A DNA stretch of 64,000 bases, from positions 472 through 64,471 of the forward strand of contig JBEGVV010000086.1 of NCBI GenBank assembly GCA_041178225.1, given 5' to 3'. The translations under genes were made by a program, and so were the position numbers. Each line of letters begins with the position of its first letter. Position 1 is the first letter of the stretch. Shown here piece after piece: positions 38,122-47,776 of this stretch. The notes under the pieces are model-generated. The model was not told the DNA's origin and searched no databases. It saw nothing but the letters and a program-made list of their open reading frames with translations. The DNA is from Pseudomonadota bacterium. Its GTDB lineage: Bacteria; Pseudomonadota; Alphaproteobacteria; CACIAM-22H2.

Positions 38122-38655
38122 TCAGCGCAGCGACCGCAGGCCGTCGACGAAAGCGTCGGCCTGCTCGCGCGCGGCGCGGGAGTCCCGCCGGTAGCTGGTC
38201 ACCGCGCCCAGGGTGCGATCGCGCAGCATGTGGAACTCGAAGCGGATGTCGTAGACGACCCCCTTGGTCGAGCGCTCGCCCGAGACCCGGATGAAGAGCC
38301 TGTCATGGGCGGGCAGGTAGACATAGGTCTGGTTGAAGATGCCGAGGGCGCGCGTGTAGCGAAACAGGCGCTCCAGCGCGGGGCGCTCCTCCGGGAAGCC
38401 GTCGCGAGGCGAGGCGAGCCGCCAGCAGTTGAACCGCAGCAGGAAGTTCTCGCCATCCTGCTGGAGCGCGCCCGTCAGAACGGCGGAAGCCCCGAAGGGG
38501 TCCGGTTCGTCGAGCTTGAAGTGCCGCACCGCGCCCGGGAAGTCGACCCGGCGGTCGCAGATCCGCACCTGCTCCGCATGCGCCGGCATCGCGCCCGCGG
38601 CAGCCAGGGCGATCGCCGCGGCGATCGCCATGCGATGCAGGCGCGCGGCCCTCAT
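38122..38655 (-). CDS. secreted hypothetical protein (177 aa)
   Basis: Met148 of track ORF; signal peptide MRAARLHRMAIAAAIALAAAGAMPAHA; ATGA overlap with upstream small ORF. Confidence 0.5.
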   Translation of the reverse strand: MRAARLHRMAIAAAIALAAAGAMPAHAEQVRICDRRVDFPGAVRHFKLDEPDPFGASAVLTGALQQDGENFLLRFNCWRLASPRDGFPEERPALERLFRYTRALGIFNQTYVYLPAHDRLFIRVSGERSTKGVVYDIRFEFHMLRDRTLGAVTSYRRDSRAAREQADAFVDGLRSLR

Positions 38656-38945
38656 TTCGCGGCGTTCGAGCGCCGGAGGGCCTCGATCTCCGCAGCGGTG
38701 AGGTCCCTTCTCTCGCCAAGGTATTCCCATGCATCGGCGGTCGGGAAGCGCCGCCGCGCCGCGGCCACCGCTTCGTCGGGGTGCGCGGCCGGGAACCAGT
38801 TGTCGATATGGGTCGAGGTCCGCCGCCGGAAGATCGAGCGGACGCGGTACTCGCTGAACTGCACGGACGACCCGGCATCCTGCCGCTTGCCGGTGCGCGC
38901 GGGTTCCGTGCCGCCGAGGGTGGATCGCAGCCAGCCGAGCACCAT
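38652..38945 (-). CDS. small hypothetical protein (97 aa)
   Basis: start abuts CBS-gene stop (TGAATG), stop overlaps next start (ATGA). Confidence 0.45.
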   Translation of the reverse strand: MVLGWLRSTLGGTEPARTGKRQDAGSSVQFSEYRVRSIFRRRTSTHIDNWFPAAHPDEAVAAARRRFPTADAWEYLGERRDLTAAEIEALRRSNAAK

Positions 38946-39380
38946 TCATTCCTCCAGCAACATGGCGAGCATGTCGCGCATCGAGACGATGCCGACCGGG
39001 GTCCGCCCCTCCCCGAAGACGACCGCGTGGCGGAATCCCCGCGCGAGCATCTCCCGGGCGACATGCCTCGCTCCGTCCTCGAGCGTCACGCCCCACGGGT
39101 CGCGCGTCATGGCGCTCGCCACGATGCGGTCCCCGTCGATCGGCGCGTCGGCCCCGGCCATGCGCAGGAGGTCGCGCTCCGTGAAGATCCCGGACAGCAT
39201 TCCGTCGTTGCGCAGCACGAGCACCGCGCCGATATTCGAGCGCGCCATGATCGTGGCGACGTCCCCGACCCGGTCGTCCTCGAGGACGCAGACGAGGCCG
39301 TCCCGTCGCACCAATCCCTGCCAGGAACCGATGCGCATGCCGTCCATCGCCCTTGCGTCACGCTTCTGCGTAGCGTTCAT
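38946..39380 (-). CDS. CBS-domain pair protein
   Basis: two CBS motifs (VATIMARSNIGAVLVLRNDGMLSGIFTERDLL ... VAREMLARGFRHAVVFGEGRTPVGIVSMRDML); 144 aa. Confidence 0.75.
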   Translation of the reverse strand: MNATQKRDARAMDGMRIGSWQGLVRRDGLVCVLEDDRVGDVATIMARSNIGAVLVLRNDGMLSGIFTERDLLRMAGADAPIDGDRIVASAMTRDPWGVTLEDGARHVAREMLARGFRHAVVFGEGRTPVGIVSMRDMLAMLLEE

Positions 39381-39783
39381 CGCATCCTCCCTCGCTATTG
39401 GCGGCGCCGTGGCCGCCGACCCGCCCGCCTCGCCGGCCGCGTCGGCAGGCGCGCTGGCCGCGATCGACCTGGGGCGCTTCGCCGTGACCTGCCCCGGCGT
39501 CGTCCCGGCGGGCGGCGCGCCGCCGCTCGCCTACAGCTTTCGCGCGACGATCCTGTCGGGCGCGGCCGACGCCGACGCGGTGCGTTCCAGCCTTCCGGGC
39601 TATCGCGACGCCGTGGTCGTGGTCTCGCATGGCTATTGCGGGTTCGTGGCGCGGAACGGGCGCCGCGCCAGCCCGGAGGAACTTGCGCGCCTCATCGAGG
39701 CGCGGGCGTCGGCGGCCGAGGATTCTCCCCGCGTCACTGTGACCCTGCCGGATTTCGTCGAGAAGCATCTCGAAGCTCGCTGA
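39337..39783 (+). CDS. secreted hypothetical protein (148 aa; alt start 39331)
   Basis: C-terminal part of track ORF 36319..39783; signal peptide MPSIALASRFCVAFIASSLAIGGAVAA; high GC3; overlaps CBS gene and the fliF-downstream ORF on opposite strand. Confidence 0.45.
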   Translation: MPSIALASRFCVAFIASSLAIGGAVAADPPASPAASAGALAAIDLGRFAVTCPGVVPAGGAPPLAYSFRATILSGAADADAVRSSLPGYRDAVVVVSHGYCGFVARNGRRASPEELARLIEARASAAEDSPRVTVTLPDFVEKHLEAR

Positions 39784-40075
39784 GTTCGTCGCGCGCATCC
39801 TCGACGGCCTGCGCGATCGCGGCGATCATGCCGTCGTGCGACGTCCGCGCGGACGCGGCGCGGCGAACCTCCGAGACCAGCCGCCAGAACGCGTTGCGGA
39901 TCGCGACGGCGTCCCTGTCGCCCGCGGGCCCCGGCACCATCGCGTGGCCGAACGCGCGCTCCGCCGCCGCGGCGGCGGCCGCCGCGCGCGCGGCGCGCAC
40001 TGCCGCGGGCCGGTCGAGGCGCAGCGCCTCGCCGATCTCGTCCACGAGCTTCAGGATGTCCGCCCTCGTGGTCAC
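39734..40075 (-). CDS. small hypothetical protein translationally coupled to fliF (GTGA overlap), 113 aa
   Basis: VTTRADILKLVDEIGEALRLDRPAAVRAARAAAAAAAAERAF...; in-frame C-terminus of long track ORF 39734..42619. Confidence 0.4.
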   Translation of the reverse strand: MTTRADILKLVDEIGEALRLDRPAAVRAARAAAAAAAAERAFGHAMVPGPAGDRDAVAIRNAFWRLVSEVRRAASARTSHDGMIAAIAQAVEDARDELSELRDASRRNPAGSQ

Positions 40076-41814
40076 GCGCGCTGCGTGAGCCAGCCCCGGA
40101 TGACGGAGGCGGCTTCCTCGGGATGCTTGTCGACGATCTCGGTGATGCGCTTGAGCGCCGAGGACTGGACCTGGCCCTCGATCTTGTCGATGTCGATCAT
40201 CTCGGCCATCGCCTGCGCGCGCTGCGCCTGCAGCGCCTGCATCTCGGATTCGATCTCGGCCTTCATGCGCGCGACCTCGTCGACCTCCTCGGTCGGGACC
40301 AGGGCCCCGCCGCCGCCCTCGATGGCGAGCGCCGCGGTGTCGGGGGCCGGTTCCTCGAACATCTTGGCGACGATCGGGCGCACCACGAAGAGGACGACGA
40401 GGGCCACGACCGCGCCGAGGATCGCGACCTGCGAGACAAGCTTGATGTCCTCCTTGGTGAAGTCGAACATCCCCGGAGCGCGTATGTCCGGCAATTCCAC
40501 GGGGCTGAACGGCAGGTTCACGACCTCGACGCTGTCGCCGCGTTCCTGGCTGAAGCCGACGGCCGATCGCACGAGCCGCTCGATCGCCTTCATCTCGTCC
40601 TCGCCGCGCGGCTTCCACGACTGGGTGCCCGAAGCGTCCGCCTGGCGCACCCCGTCGACGAGCACCGCGACCGACACGCGGCGGATCGAGCCGGGATCGA
40701 TGCTCTCGCGGACCTGCGTGCGCGATACCTCGAAGTTCGTCGTCTCCTCGGTCCGGCGCTGGTTCTCGCTGCCGCGGGTGCCCTGCCCCTGTCCCTGGGC
40801 CTGCTGCTCGGGCGGGATGTTCCGCGCCACCGACGCGTCCTGGTCGCCGCGCTGCTCCGACTTCGTCGACGCCTCCTCGACGGTCTGGACGGAACGCTCG
40901 ACGCGGCCCTTCGGGTCGAAGGCCTCGGTCGTCCGGACGACCGCGGCGTACGTGACGTCCACGTTGACGTCCGCCCGCACCCGTCCCAGCCCGACATGCT
41001 GCTCGACGAGCCGCTCGACGGCCGCGCGCAGCCGGCGCTCGTGCTCCAGCTTGTGCTCGAGCACGGCCGTGGCCTGGCCAGCCGCGCTCTCGCCGTCGCC
41101 GCGGGCCAGCAGGTTGCCCTGCGTGTCGACGATCGAGACGCGGCCGGGCGAGAGGTTCTTCACGGCCGAGGCGACGAGGTGGCGGATGGATTCCACGCGC
41201 TGGCGCGCCGAGTCCATGTTCGCCCTGAACTGGACGACGACCGAGGCGCGCGTGTCCGGCGCCTGCTGGGAGAACAGCTCGCGCGTCGGGATGACGAGGT
41301 GGACCCGCGCGCTCTCGACGCCGGCTATCGACGCGATGGTGCGCGCCAGCTCGCCCTCGAGCGCGCGGATCTGGTTGATCTGGAACAGGTTGGTCGTGGT
41401 CGACAGCGGGTCGATGCGATCGAATACCTCGTAGCCCAGCGAGCCCTTGCTGGGCAGGCGCTTCTCGGCGGCCATGACGCGAAGCTGCGCGACGCGGGAG
41501 CGCTCGACCAGCACGGTCTGCCCGGCATCCGCCACCTGGTACTTCTCGCGGGCCTGGTCGAGGTGGCGGGCGAGGGCGGCGCTGTCCTCGGGGGAAAGCT
41601 TGGAGAAAAGCGGGACGAAATCCGGCGCCGTGAGGTGGACGGTCGATGCAGCCACGGCGACGACGATGGCGGCAAGCGACGCCACCAGCCCGACGAGGCG
41701 GAGCGGGCCCAGCTTGCGCAGCGCGTCGATCAGGCGTCCCGCGGGGCCCCCGTCGAGGCGCTCGGCGGCCTCCGGCGGTGATGCGGCAGCTATCGCGGTC
41801 TCGGCCAACGTCAT
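40072..41814 (-). CDS. fliF: flagellar M-ring protein FliF
   Basis: NQIRALEGELARTIASIAGVESARVHLVIP matches FliF core; 580 aa; C-terminal VIRGWLTQRA. Confidence 0.92.
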   Translation of the reverse strand: MTLAETAIAAASPPEAAERLDGGPAGRLIDALRKLGPLRLVGLVASLAAIVVAVAASTVHLTAPDFVPLFSKLSPEDSAALARHLDQAREKYQVADAGQTVLVERSRVAQLRVMAAEKRLPSKGSLGYEVFDRIDPLSTTTNLFQINQIRALEGELARTIASIAGVESARVHLVIPTRELFSQQAPDTRASVVVQFRANMDSARQRVESIRHLVASAVKNLSPGRVSIVDTQGNLLARGDGESAAGQATAVLEHKLEHERRLRAAVERLVEQHVGLGRVRADVNVDVTYAAVVRTTEAFDPKGRVERSVQTVEEASTKSEQRGDQDASVARNIPPEQQAQGQGQGTRGSENQRRTEETTNFEVSRTQVRESIDPGSIRRVSVAVLVDGVRQADASGTQSWKPRGEDEMKAIERLVRSAVGFSQERGDSVEVVNLPFSPVELPDIRAPGMFDFTKEDIKLVSQVAILGAVVALVVLFVVRPIVAKMFEEPAPDTAALAIEGGGGALVPTEEVDEVARMKAEIESEMQALQAQRAQAMAEMIDIDKIEGQVQSSALKRITEIVDKHPEEAASVIRGWLTQRA

Positions 41815-41931
41815 GCTCCGGGAAATATGCGTTCAATCCAGCGCGCCCGACGGGCCGTGCCCGGCCGGACTCATGCCCAACCGCGTCGCGGCGGGCCGAA
41901 GTTTTGGTCCGAATCCGAGCGAACCGCCCGC

Positions 41932-42948
41932 CTACTCGATCAATTCGTTCGCCTCGCCTTCCTCCGGCACCTCGATCACGCCGCGCGCGATCAGGTCCTT
42001 GGTGGTGGTGATGATGCGCTGCTGGGCTTCGTCGACGTCCTTGACCCGGACCGGTCCCATCGACGCCATCTCGTCCTGGAGCAGCTTCGAGGCGCGTTCC
42101 GACATGTTCGAGAAGAAGAGCTTGCGCAGTTCCTCGGATGCGCCCTTGAGCGCGATCGCGAGCGCGTCCTTGTCGACCTCCCGCAGGATCGCCTGGATGT
42201 CGGTGCCGTTGAGCTTCAGCAGGTCGTCGAAGGTGAACATGAAGCTGCGGATCTTCTCCGCGTCGCCGGGCGCCTGGTCGTCGAGGAAGCCCATGAGCCG
42301 GTTCAGGTTGGCGCGGTCGAGGGCGTTGAAGATCTCCGCGAGGTTCTCCGAGGGGTTGCGCTTCTGCGAGCGGCCGAGATTCGCCATGAACTCCGTCCGC
42401 AGCGTGCGCTCGACGTCCTCGAGGACCTCCTTCTGCACGTGCTCCATCTTCAGCATGCGCAGCACGACGTCGCGGGACATCTGGTCGGGCAGCAGCGCGA
42501 TGACGCGCGCCGCCTGCTCGGCCTTGATGCGCGACATCACCACGGCGACGGTCTGCGGGTATTCGTTGCGCAGGTAGTTCGCCAGCACCGTGTCGTTCAC
42601 GTTGCCGAGCTTGTCCCACATCGTGCGGCCCGCGGGGCCGGTGATGTCGTCCATGATCGACTGGACGCGGTCCGGGTCCATGATGCTCGCGAGGAGCCGC
42701 TGCGTCGCCTCGACGTTGCCGATCACCGATCCGCCCGAGGACATCTGGTTGGCGAACTCCACGAAGAGGCGCTCCACGACCTTCGCGTTGACGCTGCCGA
42801 GCGACGACATCGCCTGCGACAGCTCGCGGATCTCGTCGTCGTCGAGGAACGTGAAGACCTTCGCAGCGTAGTCCTGCCCGAGCGCGAGCAGCATGATCGC
42901 CGCCTTCGACGGGCCGCTGAGCGACCGGAAATCGTCCTTCACCGCCAT
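41932..42948 (-). CDS. fliG: flagellar motor switch protein FliG
   Basis: N-terminal SGPSKAAIMLLALGQDYAAKVF and C-terminal MGPVRVKDVDEAQQRIITTTKDLIARGVIEV torque helix; start at Met21 of track ORF. Confidence 0.88.
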   Translation of the reverse strand: MAVKDDFRSLSGPSKAAIMLLALGQDYAAKVFTFLDDDEIRELSQAMSSLGSVNAKVVERLFVEFANQMSSGGSVIGNVEATQRLLASIMDPDRVQSIMDDITGPAGRTMWDKLGNVNDTVLANYLRNEYPQTVAVVMSRIKAEQAARVIALLPDQMSRDVVLRMLKMEHVQKEVLEDVERTLRTEFMANLGRSQKRNPSENLAEIFNALDRANLNRLMGFLDDQAPGDAEKIRSFMFTFDDLLKLNGTDIQAILREVDKDALAIALKGASEELRKLFFSNMSERASKLLQDEMASMGPVRVKDVDEAQQRIITTTKDLIARGVIEVPEEGEANELIE

Positions 42949-43310
42949 CTGGATGACCTGCGCCTGAGTTCCGACTGCCGCTCGAGGAACGTCTCGAGGC
43001 CCTCGCACTCCGCCCGCACGAGCCTGGCCTCGCCCTCGGCGAGCACCCGGTCGGCCGCGGCCTCGTCGGCCTCCGCCGCCAGTCGTTCGCCGTCCGCGGC
43101 CAGCGCGTCGAGCCTGGCGAAGAGGAGCGGGGGCGACGTGCAGGCGCCTGGCCGTGGCAGTTCGTCCGCCTGCGCCGAGATGGCGGCGCGCGCGACGACC
43201 GCGGCGCGCGCGCGCGCGTCGGCCTCGCCCATCCGGCCCTGCAGCCTCTCGAGGTCGAGGCGCCGGATCTTCAGGATCCGCCCGAGCGTCCTATCGCGGG
43301 CCGTTGTCAT
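42939..43310 (-). CDS. fliJ: flagellar export protein FliJ-like coiled-coil protein
   Basis: 123-aa coiled-coil immediately after fliI. Confidence 0.5.
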   Translation of the reverse strand: MTTARDRTLGRILKIRRLDLERLQGRMGEADARARAAVVARAAISAQADELPRPGACTSPPLLFARLDALAADGERLAAEADEAAADRVLAEGEARLVRAECEGLETFLERQSELRRRSSRWR

Positions 43311-43351
43311 GGTGGCCTGGCGTCATGATGGGCTGGGTCCCCTGGCTTCGA

Positions 43352-44719
43352 TCAACCGGGGTCGACTTCATCCAGAATTGCGCGTAGCGCGCGGACATCC
43401 CCCTCCAGTTCGGACCGATCGGCGGCCTCCTGGAGGAGCATGGCCTCGAGGCGGTCGTGGAACTCGATCGCCCGGTCGGTGCGCTGGTCGGTGCCGCGCT
43501 TGTACAGGCCGAGCCGCAGGAGGTCCTCCACCTCCCGGTAGGCGCTCTCAAGCGCGACGGCGCGCCGCAAGGCCTCCCTGTGCTCGGCCGACTGGACCTG
43601 CGGCGCCGCCCGCGACACCGACCTGACGACGTCGATGGCCGGGTAGCGCCCGCCATCCGCGATGCGCCGGTCCAGCAGGACGTGCCCGTCGAGGAAGCCG
43701 CGCACCGCGTCGCTGACGGGCTCGTTCATGTCGTCGCCCTCGACCAGGACGGTGATGAAGGCCGTGATGCCGCTGGTGCCGTCGAGCGGGCCGAGCCGCT
43801 CGAGCAGCCTCGGCATCTGGGCGAAGACGCTTGCGGGGTAGCCACCGATGCCGGTCGGCTCGGCGGCGGCCACGCCGATCTCGCGCAGCGCCGCGGCGAA
43901 GCGCGTGACGCTGTCCATGAGGAAGAGCACGCGCCGCCCGGTGTCGCGGAAGTACTCCGCGGCGGCCACGGCGAGGAAGGACGCGCGCCGGCGCAGGACG
44001 GCGGGCTCGTCCGAGGTCGACACGAAGACGGCGGCCCGCGCCCGCTGCTCGGGCGAAAGGTAGCGCAGGACGAAGTCGGCGAGTTCCTTGCCGCGCTCGC
44101 CGATCAGCGCGATCACGACCGCGTCGAAGCGTGCATGGGAGGCGAGCATGCCGAGCAGCGTCGTCTTGCCGACGCCGGATCCGGCGAAGATCCCGAGGCG
44201 CTGCCCGAGGCCGCATGTCAGGAAGGCGTTCATCGCGACGACGCCGATGTCGACCGGCTCCGTCGTGAGCCCGCGGGCCGCGGCCGGCGGGGGAGGGCGC
44301 CGCAGCGGATAGTCGCGGCCACCGTCCACCGCCGGGCCGCCGACCAGGCATCGACCCATTCCGTCGAAGACGCAGCCGAGCCAGGAATCGTCCGGGCGCG
44401 CGACGGCGCTCGCCGGCGACAGGCGGGCCTCGCATCCCGGCCCGAGCGCGGAGATCTCCCCGAAGGGAAGCGCGATGGCGTCCGGTCCATCGAAGGCGAC
44501 GATCTCCGCCGCCAGCTCGCTTCCGTCGCGTGCGCGAACGTGGACGACGTCCCCTATCGCGCCGTCCTCGGCCAGGCCGCAGAGCGCGATGCGCTGGTCG
44601 CTGATCGCGCGGACGCGGCCGGCGATCTCCGCCACGCGCGCGCCAGCGAGCGCCTCGAGCAGGCGTCGATGCGCGGGAAGTCCGGAGGGTGCAAAAAACT
44701 TGGCGTCTGCGACTGGCAT
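43352..44719 (-). CDS. fliI: flagellum-specific ATP synthase FliI
   Basis: Walker A GSGVGKTT, Walker B VLFLMDSVTR, T3SS ATPase family blocks; 455 aa. Confidence 0.92.
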   Translation of the reverse strand: MPVADAKFFAPSGLPAHRRLLEALAGARVAEIAGRVRAISDQRIALCGLAEDGAIGDVVHVRARDGSELAAEIVAFDGPDAIALPFGEISALGPGCEARLSPASAVARPDDSWLGCVFDGMGRCLVGGPAVDGGRDYPLRRPPPPAAARGLTTEPVDIGVVAMNAFLTCGLGQRLGIFAGSGVGKTTLLGMLASHARFDAVVIALIGERGKELADFVLRYLSPEQRARAAVFVSTSDEPAVLRRRASFLAVAAAEYFRDTGRRVLFLMDSVTRFAAALREIGVAAAEPTGIGGYPASVFAQMPRLLERLGPLDGTSGITAFITVLVEGDDMNEPVSDAVRGFLDGHVLLDRRIADGGRYPAIDVVRSVSRAAPQVQSAEHREALRRAVALESAYREVEDLLRLGLYKRGTDQRTDRAIEFHDRLEAMLLQEAADRSELEGDVRALRAILDEVDPG

Positions 44720-44770
44720 GCTTGTTGCGATGGAGGGCGTGGAATTGCCGCAAAGGAACCGCGCGCCGCC

Positions 44771-45490
44771 ATGGAGTCCACCAGTTTCCTCGCCTTATCG
44801 AAGCAAGTTGCGCTCGAGATGCGGCTGTCGAACGTCGCGAACAACCTCGCGAACGCCAGCACGCCCGGCTACCGGCGCAACGAGATGGCCTTCGAGGGGT
44901 TCCTCAGCCGCCAGCACGCCTCGGCGCCGATCCTCTACCCCGTGGAGCGCGGCGTGCGCGTCGACCTTGGCGAGGGGCCTGCGATCGCGACCGGCAACCA
45001 GCTCGACCTCTCGATCACCGGCAACGACCGCGCCTTCTTCGTCGTCGCCCGCGGGAACGAGACCTTCCTGACCCGGGCCGGCACGTTCCAGCTCGACGAC
45101 AGCGGCCAGCTCGCGACGGCCGCTGGCGACGTCGTGCTGGGAGCCTCCGGGCAGCCGATCGTCCTGCCGGGGCGCTCGGCGACGATCACGGTCACGGGCA
45201 ACGGCGCCGTCTACGAGGGCGAGGACCTCGTCGGGGAGCTCCAGCTCGTGGAGGTCGTCCCCGGCGCATCGCTCGACACGCGCGGCGACAGCAGGCTGAC
45301 GGCCTCCGCGACGCGGCCCGCCGAGGGCTACGCGATCAAGCAGGGCGTCGTCGAGCAGTCGAACGTGCAGTCGATCATCGAGCTCACGAAGCTGATCCAG
45401 CTCTCCCGCGACTTCGAGGCGCTGCAGCAGATCCAGGCGAGCGAGCACTCGCGCCTGACCGACGTGATCGAACGACTGCCCACGGTCTGA
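44771..45490 (+). CDS. flgF: flagellar basal-body rod protein FlgF
   Basis: N-terminal rod motif SNVANNLANASTPGY; C-terminal IELTKLIQLSRDFEALQQ; 239 aa. Confidence 0.85.
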   Translation: MESTSFLALSKQVALEMRLSNVANNLANASTPGYRRNEMAFEGFLSRQHASAPILYPVERGVRVDLGEGPAIATGNQLDLSITGNDRAFFVVARGNETFLTRAGTFQLDDSGQLATAAGDVVLGASGQPIVLPGRSATITVTGNGAVYEGEDLVGELQLVEVVPGASLDTRGDSRLTASATRPAEGYAIKQGVVEQSNVQSIIELTKLIQLSRDFEALQQIQASEHSRLTDVIERLPTV

Positions 45491-45500
45491 GGCCAATCCA

Positions 45501-46292
45501 ATGTCGCGTTCCCTTTCCATCGCTGCAACCGGAATGACCGCGCAGCAGGTCAATGTCGAGGTGATCGCGAACAACATCGCGAACCTCAATACGTCGGGGT
45601 TCAAGCGCCAGCGCGCCGAGTTCCAGGACCTTCTCTACCAGGTCCGCGGCATGGCCGTCGGGAGCCAGAGCTCGCAGGAAGGCACGATCGTGCCGACGGG
45701 CATCCTGCTCGGCTCCGGCGTTCGGCCCGCGGGCATCTACCGCATCCACGCGCAGGGATCCCTGATCGGCACCGAGAACTCGCTCGACCTCGCGATCCAG
45801 GGCAAGGGCTACTTCGTGCTCGCCCTGCCGAACGGCGAGACGGGCTACACGCGATCGGGCTCGCTGCAGCTGAGCCCGGCCGGCGAGATCGTCACCGCGG
45901 CGGGATACCGGGTGCTGCCAGGGTTCAACGTCCCCGGCAATGCGCGCCAGATCAACGTGAACGCGCAGGGCCTCGTTCAGGCCACCGTGGACGGCCAGGT
46001 CGCGCCCGTCGACCTTGGCCGCCTCCAGCTCGCGACATTCCCGAACGACGCCGGCCTCCAGGCGACGGGCGGCAACATCTATCGCGAGACCGCTGCGTCC
46101 GGCGCCGCCGTCGCGGGCCTCGCGGGCGAGCCCGGCTTCGGGACGATCCAGCAGGGCTTCATCGAGGCCTCCAACGTCGACATCGTGAGCGAGCTGACCA
46201 CGCTGATCACGGCGCAGCGCGCCTACGAGATGAACTCCAAGGTCATCCAGGCCTCGGACGAGATGCTCAAGGTCATGAACCAGATCCGATGA
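45501..46292 (+). CDS. flgG: flagellar basal-body rod protein FlgG
   Basis: ANNIANLNTSGFK; C-terminal SNVDIVSELTTLITAQRAYEMNSKVIQASDEML. Confidence 0.9.
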   Translation: MSRSLSIAATGMTAQQVNVEVIANNIANLNTSGFKRQRAEFQDLLYQVRGMAVGSQSSQEGTIVPTGILLGSGVRPAGIYRIHAQGSLIGTENSLDLAIQGKGYFVLALPNGETGYTRSGSLQLSPAGEIVTAAGYRVLPGFNVPGNARQINVNAQGLVQATVDGQVAPVDLGRLQLATFPNDAGLQATGGNIYRETAASGAAVAGLAGEPGFGTIQQGFIEASNVDIVSELTTLITAQRAYEMNSKVIQASDEMLKVMNQIR

Positions 46293-46999
46293 AGACGCGA
46301 AAGATCCTGGCGGCGATGGCCGCCGCGTTCCTCTGGAGCGCCACCGCGGACGCGGCTGGCACGCCGGCACGGCGATGCGAGGCCGGGCCCGGGCTCGAGG
46401 AGGAGCTGGTGCGCCAGCTCTTCGAGAAGATCGGGTCCTGCCCGATGCTCTCCCTCGGCATCGCGGACGCCCGCGCCCTTGCCGAGGCGAAGCCGGGCCT
46501 CGCCATCGTCAACCTGCGCGTCGACATGCGCGTCGGCACCTTCTCCGCGGTGCTCGCCCAGGCGCTCGATGCCGGTGGCACGAAGGTGGTCCGCCAGCTC
46601 CGCGGCGGCCTGTCGCTGCCGCGCGAGGTGCCGGTGGTGACGCGGCGCATCGTGCCCGGGGAGGTGATCGACGCCTCGGACATCCGGATGGTCTCCGTCG
46701 ACTCCCGGCACGTGCCGCCCAACGCGGTGCTCGACGCCGACCAGCTCGTCGGCCTCGAGCCACGCTGGCCGCTCGCGCCGCTCGTGCCGGTCTCGCGCGC
46801 CCAGGTGCGGAACGCACTCGCGGTCGAGCGGGGGGCGGGCGTGCGCGCCACGTTCCGCAGCGCCGGCATCGAGCTCACGACGCAGCTCGTCGCGGTCGAC
46901 GCCGGGGCGATCGGCCAGACCATCACGCTGCGCAATCCCTCCTCCAACAAGCTCGTGCGCGGTCGGGTCGTCGACTCCGGCGCGGTGGTGCTGGAATGA
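46289..46999 (+). CDS. flgA: flagellar P-ring formation chaperone FlgA
   Basis: signal peptide; C-terminal SAF-like domain; position flgG-flgA-flgH. Confidence 0.7.
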   Translation: MKTRKILAAMAAAFLWSATADAAGTPARRCEAGPGLEEELVRQLFEKIGSCPMLSLGIADARALAEAKPGLAIVNLRVDMRVGTFSAVLAQALDAGGTKVVRQLRGGLSLPREVPVVTRRIVPGEVIDASDIRMVSVDSRHVPPNAVLDADQLVGLEPRWPLAPLVPVSRAQVRNALAVERGAGVRATFRSAGIELTTQLVAVDAGAIGQTITLRNPSSNKLVRGRVVDSGAVVLE

Positions 47000-47763
47000 C
47001 GATGACCAAGGCGCCCGCCATCCTGGGCATCCTCGCCGCGCTGGCGGCGCTGCCGGGCTGCGCGAACCTCGACAGGCTCGCCGAGATTGGCAGCCCGCCG
47101 CGCATGACCCCGATTGCCGACGTGCGGCGCCCCTCGGAGATCGCGGCGATCCGCTACCCTGTCCCCGAGGCGCCCGAGCACGCGGCGACCGCGAATTCCA
47201 TCTGGCGGCAGGGCTCCAAGAGCTTCTTCAAGGACCAGCGCGCCTCCCGGATCGGCGACATCGTCACCGTCGCCATCAACCTCGCGGACAGCGCCGACTT
47301 CACGGCGGAGAGCTCGCGCACGCGCACGGACGCGAGCAGCCTCAACGTCGGCTCGCTCTTCGGCTTCCGCAACCAGCTGTTCAAGCGCCTGCCGTCCGAC
47401 GGGCCGTCGGGCCTCCTCAACTCGTCCGAGGTCTTCGGCCTGTCCGGGAGCGGCAACTTCGCCGGCACGGGCGGCGCGAAGCGCAGCGAGAACGTGAAGA
47501 TCAACCTGGCCGCGGTGATCGTCGAGGTGCTGCCCAACGGCAATCTCGTGATCGCGGGCAAGCAGGAGCTCCGGGTCAACCAGGAGATGCGCGACATACA
47601 GCTGACCGGGATCATCCGCTCCCAGGACATCGAGCCGAACAACACCGTGAGCTCGGACAAGATCGCCGAGGGACGGATCTCCTACGGTGGCCGTGGCCTG
47701 ATCACCGACTACCAGGCTCCAAGCTACGGCCAGCAGATGATCGAGATCCTGAGGCCGTTCTGA
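46996..47763 (+). CDS. flgH: flagellar L-ring lipoprotein FlgH
   Basis: lipobox LPGC; conserved FlgH blocks (IGDIVTV, GNLVIAGKQEL); ATGA overlap with flgA. Confidence 0.88.
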   Translation: MTMTKAPAILGILAALAALPGCANLDRLAEIGSPPRMTPIADVRRPSEIAAIRYPVPEAPEHAATANSIWRQGSKSFFKDQRASRIGDIVTVAINLADSADFTAESSRTRTDASSLNVGSLFGFRNQLFKRLPSDGPSGLLNSSEVFGLSGSGNFAGTGGAKRSENVKINLAAVIVEVLPNGNLVIAGKQELRVNQEMRDIQLTGIIRSQDIEPNNTVSSDKIAEGRISYGGRGLITDYQAPSYGQQMIEILRPF

Positions 47764-47776
47764 CCTCGGGCGCGGC

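Noticed and set aside
36319-42619. Giant ORFs 36319..39783(+) and 39734..42619(-) and similar 58456..62031(+)
   Set aside because: They are artefactual read-through frames. Real genes inside or opposite them (fliF, fliG, CBS protein, motA, fliL, REC-MarR regulators) are supported by motifs.
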